From the NCBI GenBank assembly GCA_051645545.1, contig JBOFBL010000555.1, positions 1-55,504 on the forward strand: 55,504 nucleotides of DNA, in the 5' to 3' direction. Numbering within the stretch: position 1 is the stretch's first letter; each line of letters opens with the position of its first letter. Origin of the DNA: Casimicrobium sp. (GTDB lineage: Bacteria > Pseudomonadota > Gammaproteobacteria > Burkholderiales > Casimicrobiaceae). The position numbers and the translations under genes are program-made. Below, in pieces: positions 19,268 through 28,736 of the stretch. The notes under the pieces were generated by a model. That model was not told the DNA's origin, searched no databases, and saw nothing but the letters and a program-made list of their open reading frames with translations.

Positions 19268-22200
19268 ATGAGCTGCGCCCAACGAATCCTCTACAACGGC
19301 TCGAACCTGGTGCGCAATGCTGTGCTCATTCCGAGCTCGGTGTTGCCTGCGCCGAAAGCGATTCGTTCGCTGCCAGTGCTGCCTTCGGGCGTGTCTGCGC
19401 TGCGCGAAGGCTCGGCATCGTTGGAGTTAACCGGATCGTTCACCGGCGATGGTGATACCACGTTCGAAATCGAAATCGTCGATACGAATGTGTCAGTGCC
19501 GCTTGTGTCGCGTCCGCTGCAAACCGGCGTCGGCAATGGCGAAATTTCTGCCATTGCCTATACCGGTGCCGCACAAACGTTCACGGTAGAGTTGGTCGAC
19601 GAAGGGTCGCCCGAATCTGCCGCCTCGCTTGCGTTTCGCAATGTGAAACTCGTCGCGCGCGTCGCGGGGGTGTCGGGCAATGCGATTTCGATTTCGGTGA
19701 CCGATGCGTTGACCTATACGCCGCTCAACTTCAGTTTGATTTCGCCGCTGCCCGAGGGCACGGAGAAGTCAACGAGCGAAGGGCTCGACTGGAATAGCGC
19801 GGTCATGGCCGCCGATGAGCAAATCCCGGTCACGGCAAAGCGCATTGTGTTCGGCGAAGATCGCAACACCGTCTATCGCCAGTGGAAGAAATGGACGGGC
19901 AAAGAGTGGGAGTACGGTTTCGCGCCGAAACTGCAACGCTACGTGGCCAAAGGCGAGCGCATCTATGAGGTGAGCGGCGGCTACAACGTGACGATCACGA
20001 ACGGCACGATCAACGAGACTTACAACGGCATCGTCACCGATTACGATTTCCTGGAGCGCGTGAATTCGCAAAGCGCGCTCATCAAAGTCGAAGGCGTGAT
20101 CGCAAACGATCGCGCGCCCGGCGGGCAAGCCTCGAGCGAATTCGATTTAAAAACCAAAGCGTATGCCAAGCCTACGGTTGGCAGTGGCAGCACCACGGCC
20201 AATGAGGTGCAATTGCGCTCGGTCGTGGTGAATAACAACGCCGCTACGGAGATTGTTGAGTTTCGCTGTTTTGCAGTGCGCGCAAGCGATTCCCCGAATG
20301 CCACGCTTGGCAATGAACTCTGGGCGGTAAGCGGCGCGGTGTCCGGCGACGTTGGCACGTTTGCTACGGGCGACACCATTACCGAAGCCAATGGTCGCTG
20401 GTCTGCGGTGATCCCCGAAGTGTTTCCCGATGGTTACGGCAACACCAATCGCGGCGAATTCACCGTGCGATCGATCGATTATGTGGCGCGCACGCCGTCA
20501 ACCGTCGTGCCGCCAAAAATTTGCCCGGAAGCGCTCACGCTCGGGCCCGAGGCGGTCGATCAAATCGTGCGGCTGGTTTATACAAAGCGCCCTGCGGCCG
20601 CTTGCGATTGCGAAGGCATGCCGATCCCGGATTTCACGGGCGACATCTGTTTATTTGGTCCGAACAACCCGACGACGGGAGGCAATGTTGTGTCAAGTTA
20701 TCCAGTAACGATAACTACACGAATGACTGATTTGTGGGCGTGGTACGCCGCTTTGTACAAGGCGTACACCACCGATCATTTGTTAACGAGTAGTTTAAGT
20801 CCTGCGCAAATGGCGGAAAAAGAGCGTATCGAGGCCGCGCGGCGCGTGTGTGTCGAGCTGCAAAAAACCGCCATCGCGGTTGCGGCGGTGCCGGCGGCGC
20901 TTGCGCTCTGGGACACGATGTTCCTTGATCTCAAGGCGCATTTCTCGTCCGAATCAAACGGCGGCGAAACCGTGGTGGCGGGTGAAGCGATTGCTGCCAA
21001 CCGCTTCGTTCGAGTGATTGCCGGCCGCGTGTATCTTGCGGTGGGTGCGGGCGATCTTGCGTTGACCACTTCGTCCTACGTTAGTGAGTGTTCGGGCTAC
21101 ACCAGTGCCGCGATTGCCAGCGGCGCAACGGTCAACTTGGCAAACCTTGCTTTCCCGGAAAGCAGCCATGTGCTCGTGTCAAGCTCGCTCACGCTGGGCA
21201 AGCGCTATGTGATTTCTCAGGCGACGCCTGGCACATTGGCGCAGATTACGGCCACCGGTGCGCCGTTTGGCATCGTTGGTTTTTCCGGTTATGCGGCAGC
21301 GGTTGATTTGCTCGCGGTGTCCGCGTCTGCCGATCAGGTTGAAATTGCCGGTGGCGCGCGCTCGATGCGGCTGTTCAATGTGTACTTTGATCGATTCAAG
21401 TCGGCATGCGAAGCGATTTTGGCTTCTGCAGGGATTTCTCCCACGGGAAAGTCTGACGCCAGCGCTGTGTCCGACGACGGATGCTGGCAAGATTATGGTG
21501 GCGATTATTACTGGACTGTCACGGGTTCAGAGGGCGGCGGCTATTTGCCGGCGTTCACCAATAATCCCTACCGGTCGGTGCGTGAAATTACGGGCGTGCG
21601 CAAGGCCACGCGCGAGTTTGCGTTTCAAATCAACGTGGGCGAAGAATGTATTAGTGCGCTCAAAGAAGGCGATGCGATCGAGCTTGCGATCGGTAGTGCG
21701 GGCTGGCCTGCGACCTATCAAGTGGGCGATCGGCTCTATCTGCCTATTATTGCCAAGGCCGATCAGTATTTGACCGGCGGCGCGGCGGGTACGTCGACGC
21801 AGCGCTGGCATGTCACGGGTTCGGTGGCGGGGCCACTCGCGCCATTCGTGATGCCGCTTGCGGGTGGCAACTACAGTGCATCCGGTTTGTCGTTCACGCT
21901 CACACCGGGGGTGATTCCCTTCGCCAAAAACGATGCCTTCGAATTTGCAATCGAAGGTGGGCATTGGCGTTGGCGGCAAGGCGCGGGGGGGTGGAGCGCG
22001 TCGCAAAACATTGTCGCTACACCGGTGACGCTCGCCAACGGCGTGAGCGCACAGTTTGCAACCGGATCGTCGCCAAGTTTTGTGGCGGGCGATCGCTACG
22101 CCTACGCAGTGCGCCAACCCAACGCGTCGGGCAATGTCGCGCAGCCAAGCGCGCGCGCATGGCGTTGGGATACAACCGGCGCAACGCTCGACATCGATTT

Positions 22201-22801
22201 TGGTATTGAAAGCAATTTCGATTCGATTGCGATTGTGCATGAGCTGCCGCTGTCTGCGAGCGTGAGTGTGCAAGCGGGAACAACGCTGGGCGGTAGTGAT
22301 GTGCTGGTGTCAACACCGTTGACAGTGACGCGTGAAACGCTGGCGCTCTTGTTGCCCGTCGCAATCGCGGCGCGTTATCTGCGCATTACGTTGGCCAACG
22401 CGCCGAGCGCATCGGTGGTGTGGGTGTATGCAGGGCTTGCCTTTGCGCCGACGCGCATGGCGCGATTTAACGATGCGCGCCAGTACGTAATGGATCGGGC
22501 CGGCGGCAAAAATCAGGCGGCGCAATTCATTGCGGCGGGTCGCGGCGGCGCGATTGAATGGCCAGTCGGATCAATGGCGGAAGCCGACTATCTCGAAGTC
22601 GCGACGATGGTCGATTACGTAAAGGAAAACAACGATCAACCTATTTTGTTTTTCCCCAACATTTCTCGGGCGAATGAATCGATTTTTGGTCGTATTGATA
22701 GCGATCAAATTTCACTGCAAAGCGAAGCTTTCTTCCAAGAGAATATTGATGCGCCTCGTCACTTTGGCGCAAACTTGCCGCTCTATCCGGTGGTGCGTTG
22801 A
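19268..22801 (+). CDS. Large mosaic tail-tip protein (Dit-like ends with large insertion)
   Basis: 1177 aa after TMP; C-terminal LDIDFG...ARYLRITL galactose-binding-like pattern. Confidence 0.7.
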   Translation: MSCAQRILYNGSNLVRNAVLIPSSVLPAPKAIRSLPVLPSGVSALREGSASLELTGSFTGDGDTTFEIEIVDTNVSVPLVSRPLQTGVGNGEISAIAYTGAAQTFTVELVDEGSPESAASLAFRNVKLVARVAGVSGNAISISVTDALTYTPLNFSLISPLPEGTEKSTSEGLDWNSAVMAADEQIPVTAKRIVFGEDRNTVYRQWKKWTGKEWEYGFAPKLQRYVAKGERIYEVSGGYNVTITNGTINETYNGIVTDYDFLERVNSQSALIKVEGVIANDRAPGGQASSEFDLKTKAYAKPTVGSGSTTANEVQLRSVVVNNNAATEIVEFRCFAVRASDSPNATLGNELWAVSGAVSGDVGTFATGDTITEANGRWSAVIPEVFPDGYGNTNRGEFTVRSIDYVARTPSTVVPPKICPEALTLGPEAVDQIVRLVYTKRPAAACDCEGMPIPDFTGDICLFGPNNPTTGGNVVSSYPVTITTRMTDLWAWYAALYKAYTTDHLLTSSLSPAQMAEKERIEAARRVCVELQKTAIAVAAVPAALALWDTMFLDLKAHFSSESNGGETVVAGEAIAANRFVRVIAGRVYLAVGAGDLALTTSSYVSECSGYTSAAIASGATVNLANLAFPESSHVLVSSSLTLGKRYVISQATPGTLAQITATGAPFGIVGFSGYAAAVDLLAVSASADQVEIAGGARSMRLFNVYFDRFKSACEAILASAGISPTGKSDASAVSDDGCWQDYGGDYYWTVTGSEGGGYLPAFTNNPYRSVREITGVRKATREFAFQINVGEECISALKEGDAIELAIGSAGWPATYQVGDRLYLPIIAKADQYLTGGAAGTSTQRWHVTGSVAGPLAPFVMPLAGGNYSASGLSFTLTPGVIPFAKNDAFEFAIEGGHWRWRQGAGGWSASQNIVATPVTLANGVSAQFATGSSPSFVAGDRYAYAVRQPNASGNVAQPSARAWRWDTTGATLDIDFGIESNFDSIAIVHELPLSASVSVQAGTTLGGSDVLVSTPLTVTRETLALLLPVAIAARYLRITLANAPSASVVWVYAGLAFAPTRMARFNDARQYVMDRAGGKNQAAQFIAAGRGGAIEWPVGSMAEADYLEVATMVDYVKENNDQPILFFPNISRANESIFGRIDSDQISLQSEAFFQENIDAPRHFGANLPLYPVVR

Positions 22802-23133
22802 TGGCTGGGGTTCGCACGGTGCTCGTGTCTCATCGCGGGCAAGAGATCACCTATTGCTACCCGAGCGACGCGATTGCCGGGGCGCAGCCCTTGCTGGTGG
22901 GGGTGCTTGATTGGTACGAGCGCGCGTCCATCGCGCAAGTGGTGGGCTACGAGCAAGGTGAAACGCCATCAAGCACGATTGCGCTCAATAACGAAGATAA
23001 GCAGGTTCAGCGCGATTGGGATTATCCGCTTCGCGCCAAGGTGTCGGTGCGCGACGATGGCGTCGAAGTGCTCTCGGGCGAAGTGGTGAGTTTTACTTTG
23101 GGCCCGCAGCTCGAATTGTCGATCGAGGCGTAA
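22801..23133 (+). CDS. Tail tip protein
   Basis: Translationally coupled; position in tail tip cluster. Confidence 0.65.
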   Translation: MAGVRTVLVSHRGQEITYCYPSDAIAGAQPLLVGVLDWYERASIAQVVGYEQGETPSSTIALNNEDKQVQRDWDYPLRAKVSVRDDGVEVLSGEVVSFTLGPQLELSIEA

Positions 23134-23136
23134 GCG

Positions 23137-24429
23137 ATGCTGCTCTCCGACGATGTGCCACTGCGCAGCTCAACCGAGATTAACGAGTTTCGCGATGGGG
23201 CATGGATCCCGTGGGGGTTCGGCGATCTTTCGAAATCGCCGCAAGCCTTGGTCCAACTGAGCGACACGCTGTTTATCTATGCCGACGGCGCAGCAACCGT
23301 CGTCGGCGTGCAAATCGATGGGCAAGAAACGCTTGGTTTTGATTGGCGCGTTGAGCCCGATCGCACGGGGAAAACGGTCACCTTCATCGAATTGGCCGCG
23401 CCCTTGCCCACGGGCGCGCAAATCACCGCGACGGGCTACGGCTACGTGAGCGAGCGCAACGGCGCGTTGATCGAAAACCCTGCCGACGTGCTTGAAAAGA
23501 TTTTTGCGCTGAGCCGATTCACGCCGAATATGCGCATGGTCGCGGGGCTTGCGCGATTGCGCTCGGAATGTGCGGCGGAAGGTTTGGTGATCGGTGGGCG
23601 CATTTCCTCGCGCGAAACGCTGCGTGCGAAGATCAATGAAATCATGCGCTCGATTGGTGGCGGATGGTGCACCGAAAATTTCTGGCTGCACCCGAGCGAC
23701 GAAGTGTTCACGCCGCCCCCGGCGACGATGGAAAACCGCTTGTTGGAAGGGCGGGTTGCAAGCGTAGTGGCCAAATCGCAAAGCGCATTTTCGCGCGTCG
23801 CGATTGAGTTCGATGATCAAAGCTATGCGGCAAAAAATCGTCAAGCGCTCACGCTCGCGGTACGCCCGTCGTACGACGAGCAAGGTGTTACCGTTCGCCT
23901 GCTCGCGCCGTGGCTGCGCACCGAGCGCGCCGCCATTGCGGTTGCAAAACGCTATCTGCGTCGTGGCTCGGGGCGTGTGTTTGAAATCGTGATTGAAGAA
24001 TCGCTTGTCGACGAACCGCTGCGCATTGGCGATGTGTTTGCCACTAAGTCGCCGCGTTTTCCCGAGCCTGGGTTGCAGTGGTTGACCGTGATCGCTGCGC
24101 CGCGCGTCGGTCGCCGCAGTGCCTTAACTTGCGAGATGGTGTTGCCGATTGCCAATCAAGCGTTTGACATTGTGTCGCGCGCGACAGCGAGCGGTGCAAC
24201 GCAATTGCCGGCGTTTGAAATTTCAAGCGAGGGCAATCAACACACGCTCACGGTGTACGATCAGTCGAACAAGCCGGTGAAAAATGCGCGTGTGTCGATT
24301 GATGGAGCACCGGCATTGCTCAGTAATGCGCAAGGGAAAGTGACGTTTACCGCAGGTCGTGGCAAGCATGTCGCCTACGTCGAGCTGCCGGGCAAGTTGC
24401 CGGTTGAAATGCCGTTTGAAATATCGTAA
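23137..24429 (+). CDS. Tail tip/hub protein with C-terminal Ig-like domain
   Basis: IPWGFG, LIENPADV motifs; C-terminal VYD..KPV.NARV.I...SNA.GK.TF. Confidence 0.7.
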   Translation: MLLSDDVPLRSSTEINEFRDGAWIPWGFGDLSKSPQALVQLSDTLFIYADGAATVVGVQIDGQETLGFDWRVEPDRTGKTVTFIELAAPLPTGAQITATGYGYVSERNGALIENPADVLEKIFALSRFTPNMRMVAGLARLRSECAAEGLVIGGRISSRETLRAKINEIMRSIGGGWCTENFWLHPSDEVFTPPPATMENRLLEGRVASVVAKSQSAFSRVAIEFDDQSYAAKNRQALTLAVRPSYDEQGVTVRLLAPWLRTERAAIAVAKRYLRRGSGRVFEIVIEESLVDEPLRIGDVFATKSPRFPEPGLQWLTVIAAPRVGRRSALTCEMVLPIANQAFDIVSRATASGATQLPAFEISSEGNQHTLTVYDQSNKPVKNARVSIDGAPALLSNAQGKVTFTAGRGKHVAYVELPGKLPVEMPFEIS

Positions 24430-25409
24430 TGCGCTATTCGTTTCGCACGATTGCAGGTATGCCGTCGGTGCCATCGGTGGGTTTGTCCGTCGTGCTTGCA
24501 GATAAAGTTTCGTCGCAAGGCGGTAAAGCGGCGACGATCGTGCCGCTCGTCGATCTCGCGGTAGCGACAACGACGCCAAACGTCGCGGCCGGCATCGGCA
24601 CGCCTGCAAACGTAACGTTTAACTTCACCAATCCCGGTGCGATTGCGGGCGACGGCGCGACGATCACGCTGCCGTGGCTTGCAAACAACGCAAACAGAAC
24701 GGTGGGGGCTGCGACTGTGACGCCTTCGGGGGGCGCGGTGACCGCAACACCTAGTAACGCCGCGCTACTCGCGGGCCTCGCGGTGAGCGCGTTTCCGGTC
24801 GGAGCGGAAATTTTGGTAACGGTGCCTGTCACGGCGCTGGTGGCGTTTTCTGAATCAATGATTGCGCAGGTTGCGCCACCTGAGGGTGTGGGTGATGTGG
24901 TGCCCACGAACAATGTGGCAGTGGCGACGGTGGTCGGTGCTGCTCCGATGTCGGGTGCGGTATGGCTTGATTTCGACGTCTCAACCAATACGGCCATCTC
25001 AATCGGTGCAAGCGTATCGGACCAGGGCGGCGCAAACATCGCCTTTTGTGGTGACGGTTTTACGCGTGCAAAAGACTTTAGTGGCTATTCTGCGAGTCCG
25101 TGCCCGATTGATTTGTTTACGGCGCAAAACGGCGCGAGGTGGCAAATCAAGCTGCTTGATTACTCGCCTACGGCGGTATACGCCGTCGAGCACAACACGA
25201 CGGCTTTAACGCCTCAACCTAGTTCGTCGGGGAGTGTGTTTGATTATTCGCAGGTCGCGGACGTTGTTTTCGTTGACACCGACTACGCTTTGTTAGGCGA
25301 TGTGGCGGGAGATGGTGTTGCTTGTGCGGGAAACGTGACTTTTACTGTAAAGAAAGATGGTTCGCCGATTGCGACGCTAACCCTTGTGTTGACCGATGTT
25401 TCGCCATAG
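24429..25409 (+). CDS. Putative receptor-binding/tail protein with DUF11-like Ig domain
   Basis: DLAV...VTF.FTNPG...D..PTNN.A pattern followed by a lower-GC C-terminal domain. Confidence 0.6.
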   Translation: MRYSFRTIAGMPSVPSVGLSVVLADKVSSQGGKAATIVPLVDLAVATTTPNVAAGIGTPANVTFNFTNPGAIAGDGATITLPWLANNANRTVGAATVTPSGGAVTATPSNAALLAGLAVSAFPVGAEILVTVPVTALVAFSESMIAQVAPPEGVGDVVPTNNVAVATVVGAAPMSGAVWLDFDVSTNTAISIGASVSDQGGANIAFCGDGFTRAKDFSGYSASPCPIDLFTAQNGARWQIKLLDYSPTAVYAVEHNTTALTPQPSSSGSVFDYSQVADVVFVDTDYALLGDVAGDGVACAGNVTFTVKKDGSPIATLTLVLTDVSP

Positions 25410-25426
25410 CGCGATAGGAGATTTTC

Positions 25427-25858
25427 ATGACTGACGAAACCGCCGGCACCGCCGCGCCGCCTGCGACTCTCTCAATGGCAGAGCGGGTTTGGTTATGGGT
25501 AAAAGCCGCGCCCAAGGCTTTTTTCTCGCCGATCCAATCCTTGTGGTCGGCGCGCGCATGGTGGCAATACGCCATCATCGTTGCGATCTTCGTGTTTTTT
25601 GTGAGTGTTCGCTCGGAGCTTAAAGCGATTCTGTTGACTGGCTTTCTTGCGCTGCCATGCTTCCTTTTTGGCTACATCGCGCGCAAAAATGCGCATCCGG
25701 AAATCAAGGTGCGCGACTTGATGGAGGGGGTGAAAAGCGGCAACGCCGCCGCAGGCGAGGTCGTGAAAACCTCGATGTGGGTGCAAGCCATTTACTCGGT
25801 GCTCGTGTTCATCGGTGTGATTTATTTGCTGCCGTACGTGTACGACAAAATCAAGTGA
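25427..25858 (+). CDS. Putative holin
   Basis: Three hydrophobic segments; first gene of lysis cluster. Confidence 0.6.
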   Translation: MTDETAGTAAPPATLSMAERVWLWVKAAPKAFFSPIQSLWSARAWWQYAIIVAIFVFFVSVRSELKAILLTGFLALPCFLFGYIARKNAHPEIKVRDLMEGVKSGNAAAGEVVKTSMWVQAIYSVLVFIGVIYLLPYVYDKIK

Positions 25859-25980
25859 GCGCGCTTGAAATCGTCGCCTACGTCGCGCTAGCCGCGAGCT
25901 GCATTGGCACGCTTTGGGGTTTTCTCATCTTGGTCGACGCGCACCGCAACGACGTGGATCCGCATCATGACGATGAATAG
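25855..25980 (+). CDS. 41-aa single-TM peptide (possible antiholin/lysis accessory)
   Basis: GTGA overlap with holin stop; MSALEIVAYVALAASCIGTLWGFLILV then acidic tail. Confidence 0.5.
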   Translation: MSALEIVAYVALAASCIGTLWGFLILVDAHRNDVDPHHDDE

Positions 25981-26698
25981 CATTCCGCCACAAGCCGCGC
26001 CGCATTTGCCGGTGCTTGTCAGAGAAGCCGCGCGCTTGCGCTCGCCGATTCCGGCGTACATCCTAGCGGGGCAAATCGATCACGAAACCGCGTGCCCGAT
26101 CAAAACCAAATGCTGGAACCCGCGCGTGGAATTCAAAACCTCGCGCGAGCAGGGTGTGGGCTTGGGGCAAATCACCCGCGTGTTCGGGCGCTTTGATGCG
26201 GTGGCCGAAATGCGCGCGCTCCACCGGCAAGAGCTTGAAGGTTTCACGTGGAGCAGCGAGGGCATTTATGACCCAAAGCTGCAACTGCGCGCGGTGGTGC
26301 TCAAGAATCGCGATAACCATGCAGTGCTCGCGCCGCTATTCAACGGCGACATGCTGCCGGCGCTCACTGCGTACAACCGTGGCGTGGGCGGTGTGCGTGC
26401 GGATCGGCGGCTATGCCAAGTCACCGACGGCTGCGACCCGTCGAAATGGACGGGGCATGTGGCGAACACGTGCGCGAGCGGTACCGCGATCATTCCCGGT
26501 ACTCGGATGACAGCGTGCCAAATCTCGCGCAAGTATGCGCCGGATGTCATGCTGCGTGCGAACAAATACAAGCAAGTAGCGCTTGTTCAAAAGGGCGATG
26601 CGCAACGAATAGTCGTTGCTCGAAAAATTGAAGAAAATGCGCCAACGCCCGATTTTATAGGGCGATTGATTGTGTTGTTAAAAGAGTGGTTTCAATGA
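25967..26698 (+). CDS. Endolysin, lytic transglycosylase (SLT) fold
   Basis: GQIDHET catalytic Glu, GLGQIT, AYNRG motifs. Confidence 0.85.
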   Translation: MTMNSIPPQAAPHLPVLVREAARLRSPIPAYILAGQIDHETACPIKTKCWNPRVEFKTSREQGVGLGQITRVFGRFDAVAEMRALHRQELEGFTWSSEGIYDPKLQLRAVVLKNRDNHAVLAPLFNGDMLPALTAYNRGVGGVRADRRLCQVTDGCDPSKWTGHVANTCASGTAIIPGTRMTACQISRKYAPDVMLRANKYKQVALVQKGDAQRIVVARKIEENAPTPDFIGRLIVLLKEWFQ

Positions 26699-27045
26699 AT
26701 CCGTTTCAATTCTCCGACTCTGCGCTCGCTACGGCAAAGCTCGTCATGGTGGGCGTGGTCGCCATCATCGGTGCGCTCGTGCTGTTTTACTTCGGCAATG
26801 TGTTCTACAAAGCCAACAAACTCGATCGCATCGAAACGCAAGACAAACAAACCGCAAAAGCCCTGAAATCAATGGGCAAAGCGGCGGAAAAACAAAAGAA
26901 ACAAGAAGCAGCGCATTTCGCGAAAACCGAAGTATTCGCTGGGCGATTAACCAAAGAGTTATCTAATGAAAAAGCTAAGTTTGATGCTTCCGCTCGCGCT
27001 GAGTATCACCGCGTGCTCAACGACGCACTTCGCGGCGCTGAGTGA
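26695..27045 (+). CDS. i-spanin (Rz-like)
   Basis: N-terminal TM plus coiled coil after endolysin. Confidence 0.7.
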   Translation: MNPFQFSDSALATAKLVMVGVVAIIGALVLFYFGNVFYKANKLDRIETQDKQTAKALKSMGKAAEKQKKQEAAHFAKTEVFAGRLTKELSNEKAKFDASARAEYHRVLNDALRGAE

Positions 27046-27247
27046 CGATACGCACGCCGCGCTCGCCGATTGCAAGCGCCCCGATGTGTTGCCCGATACG
27101 TGGCTATTGTGCGCCGAAGATGACGAAGCCTGTCGCCGCGCGCGCGAGCTGCCCGTGCTCGTCGAAAACGCCAAACGGCATCACCGCTGCGCGAGCGTGC
27201 TCGAGCAAGTGAAGCGCGAAGCGGATCGGGTGCGGGATGGTGAGTAG
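26966..27247 (+). CDS. o-spanin lipoprotein (Rz1-like)
   Basis: Lipobox ITAC; overlaps i-spanin 3' end; several Cys. Confidence 0.75.
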   Translation: MKKLSLMLPLALSITACSTTHFAALSDDTHAALADCKRPDVLPDTWLLCAEDDEACRRARELPVLVENAKRHHRCASVLEQVKREADRVRDGE

Positions 27248-27407
27248 CCAACCATAAACGTCAGTTTGCGATTTTGTGCAAGTTGACGGTTTTGGCAAGT
27301 TCCACTCCGTTCGTGGTGAGCCAGTCGAACCATGAACGAACAAGTGCAAAAAATGCACTAGTTCACAACATTACACGTACTGTAACTTTTCACTCTCAGG
27401 AGTCCCC

Positions 27408-28316
27408 ATGAAACTAATCGTCGCCGCGCTAGTCGCGGCTATTTGTTTGTTGCTGTCCGCGTGCACTACGACCGCCGAGTTGAAAGCGATCGAGGCGCAG
27501 AAAGATATTGCGCTCGCCACGATCAAATTCAACGACGATTCGGAAACCCGCGCCGCACGCGCCTGGATTGAGGTGACGAAGGCGCGCGAAGCGACGCGAC
27601 AGGAAGAAGCAAAAGCCGCTGTCGTCAAGGCTGGGGCGATCATGAAGATTGCCGAGAAAGCCGACGCCGGTGGTCGTGTCGCGATGGCTCGATCGCTCGA
27701 AGAGCGTGCGCCGGCAGCGGGTGCAGCGGTCGCCGAGGTCGCCATGCCGAAGCCGAGTTTTATGTCGGTGCCAACCATTCAACTGCCAAAATCCGTGTTT
27801 GAAAAAGGCGTGGACATGGTGGATCGCTTGTGGGGGCGCGCGAACGGCACCGCCGATTCGTTGCTCGCCTACAAGGGTTTGGGCAAGCGGCTTGATGCCG
27901 AAGTGCGGCGCACGGAGTTGATCGAAAAGGGCAACACCGATCGCCATGCGTCCACGATGGGCGCCTTCGGTCGCTTCAGCGATAACCAAGCCTCGCAAGC
28001 CAACGAATCCACGCGCGGGTTTGCGCAAGCGTTCGTCGAAGAATCGAAGAACCCGGATCAGGTGTTTAACATCGGCGGCAACGATAACCAGCTCGCGCTG
28101 GGCGGTAGCCGGGCTAATCGCGTCGTGACGACTACGATCAACACGGTTGACTGCCCGCAAACGCAAACGGCCAATGGCGGTCAATCCGGCAGTGGCGGCA
28201 CGGGCGGAAACGGCCAAGGCACGACCGCCGGCAGCAACGGCGGGCAGGGCGCACCCTCGGGCGCCGGCGGCGCACCGCAACCGCAACAGCGCGGTGAATG
28301 TAATGCTGGAAAATGA
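27408..28316 (+). CDS. Lipoprotein with coiled coil and Gly-rich C-terminal tail
   Basis: AGGAG RBS, signal peptide, lipobox LSAC. Confidence 0.8.
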   Translation: MKLIVAALVAAICLLLSACTTTAELKAIEAQKDIALATIKFNDDSETRAARAWIEVTKAREATRQEEAKAAVVKAGAIMKIAEKADAGGRVAMARSLEERAPAAGAAVAEVAMPKPSFMSVPTIQLPKSVFEKGVDMVDRLWGRANGTADSLLAYKGLGKRLDAEVRRTELIEKGNTDRHASTMGAFGRFSDNQASQANESTRGFAQAFVEESKNPDQVFNIGGNDNQLALGGSRANRVVTTTINTVDCPQTQTANGGQSGSGGTGGNGQGTTAGSNGGQGAPSGAGGAPQPQQRGECNAGK

Positions 28317-28377
28317 CCAACTGTTGAGTCCGGACATGCCGGAAACAACGGATGACGACAACAAAAGAGGGGATGTT

Positions 28378-28728
28378 GTGAGTGAAAACTATCAAGGGCC
28401 CGATCGTCGTGGGCGTGAACCGAAGGCGTGGTATCAAACGTTTTGGAACAATGCAGGGCAGTGGATCTCAATTGCAACCATGATCGGCACCGGTGCTTTC
28501 ATGATTAGCGATTTTCGGACTAAAACGGCGGTGCGCGACGCGCTCATTGATGAGCGATTCACGCAATACGCAGGCCGCGATGATCGCATCGAAAGTGCAA
28601 TCAAAGAGGCCGAGAATCGGCGCGTCGCCGAGAAGCAAGAGTTCACCAATCACATCAACGCGATCGTCGGCGAAATCCGAAGCGATGTGCGCTCGATACG
28701 CGATCAACTAGATCGAGGTAGGCGTTAG
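28378..28728 (+). CDS. TM + coiled-coil protein (lysis-region accessory)
   Basis: GAGGG RBS before GTG; YQGPDRR N-terminus, one TM. Confidence 0.65.
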   Translation: MSENYQGPDRRGREPKAWYQTFWNNAGQWISIATMIGTGAFMISDFRTKTAVRDALIDERFTQYAGRDDRIESAIKEAENRRVAEKQEFTNHINAIVGEIRSDVRSIRDQLDRGRR

Positions 28729-28736
28729 CGAACTGT

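Noticed and set aside
19268-25409. Diversity-generating retroelement or invertible tail-fibre cassette
   Set aside because: No reverse transcriptase or invertase, and no TR/VR pair seen by eye
27378-27395. LexA/SOS box (TACTGT-N8-ACTC)
   Set aside because: Right half-site is ACTC rather than ACAG
27429-28364. Long antisense ORFs (also 36023-37024, 12806-13549, 505-1275)
   Set aside because: Shadows of GC-rich sense genes without motifs or RBS
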